Assembly: GCF_009914755.1 (NCBI RefSeq)
Contig: NC_060933.1
Strand: one strand, 5' to 3'
From: the human T2T-CHM13v2.0 reference genome, Homo sapiens
DNA length: 64,000 nt
Position numbers and translations under genes: made by a program. How positions within the stretch are numbered: the stretch's first letter is position 1; each line of letters opens with the position of its first letter. Positions 63,036 through 64,000 of the stretch are shown piece by piece. Under the pieces are notes generated by a model. The model was not told the DNA's origin. It was given only the letters and a program-made list of their open reading frames with translations, and did not search any database.

Positions 63036-63252
63036 ACAACCTTCACCTCCCAGGTTCAAGTGATTCTCACACCTCAGCCTCCTAAGTAGCTGGAATTACA
63101 GGCACATGACATCAAGCCTGGCTAACTTTTGTATTTTTAGTAGACATCGAGTTTTGCCATCTTGACCAGGCTGATCTCAAACTCCTGGCCTCAAGTGATC
63201 CATCTGCATTGAGCTCCCAAAGTGCTGGGATTACAGGCATGAGCCACTGGCC
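63036..63252 (-). mobile_element. Alu lacking its 3' end
   Basis: Reverse Alu starting mid right monomer. Confidence 0.9.
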
Positions 63253-63253
63253 C

Positions 63254-63300
63254 CTGCCTCACTAGGCCCTGCCTCACTAGGCTCTGCCTCACTAGGCTCT
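63254..63300. repeat. 15-bp tandem repeat x3, CTGCCTCACTAGGC(C/T)
   Basis: Seen directly. Confidence 0.9.
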
Positions 63301-63316
63301 TAAGAAGAGCATTCCA

Positions 63317-63716
<400 letters not shown>

Positions 63717-64000
63717 TTACACCTCTGTAGTGGTCCCTTCCTTCGAGTGTCTTCTTTGAATTGACTTATTTTTTCCTGCTAAGATCCTGCCTCATAGGTG
63801 CCTGGAGAACAGGCTCCTGCCTTGTTCATCTCCACAACCCCTGGGTCAGACTGCAGAGCCTGGGCTCCTACTGTGTAACAGGCAGCCAGAGTCCATCAGA
63901 AATTGGCTTGAAATTCTCCTATCTCTTGGGCCCTTAGGGTTAGGGCTGCTGCTTTGGGTGTACGGCGCCTGTTTCACTCCCAGGAGCTTAGCCTTGTGAT

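Overview
Primate (very likely human) non-coding DNA, intergenic or deep intronic. I find no credible protein-coding exon, CpG island or intact RNA gene. The supplied ORFs are read-throughs of Alu, L1, LTR and simple repeats, or chance ORFs. Most of the window is interspersed repeat: about 30 Alu/FLAM copies, old L1 fragments including a ~5-kb antisense L1MA-type element, L2/MIR relics, many solo LTRs (LTR10, LTR8, MER50, MER39-like, MaLR MST/MLT1, MLT2, LTR33) and DNA-transposon MITEs (MER1B, MER58A, MER2, Tigger3a, MER5). There are two retrocopies: a U13 snoRNA copy (22336-22445) and a poly(A)-tailed mRNA 3'-end fragment inside an LTR8 (26253-26535). The most unusual structures are local rearrangements: (i) an inverted Alu pair whose non-Alu outer 90-bp flanks are a 97% inverted duplicate although the Alus are different subfamilies; (ii) an LTR10 inserted antisense into another LTR10, giving six AP-1 sites; (iii) a head-to-head LTR8 fusion whose plus arm closely matches another LTR8 7 kb away; (iv) an internally inverted MSTB; (v) two hAT MITEs sharing one triplicated target site; (vi) a three-monomer Alu. 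Several repeat-free blocks look like candidate enhancers. I do not see evidence for a new biological system. Subfamily names come from recalled consensus sequences and need RepeatMasker/Dfam confirmation.
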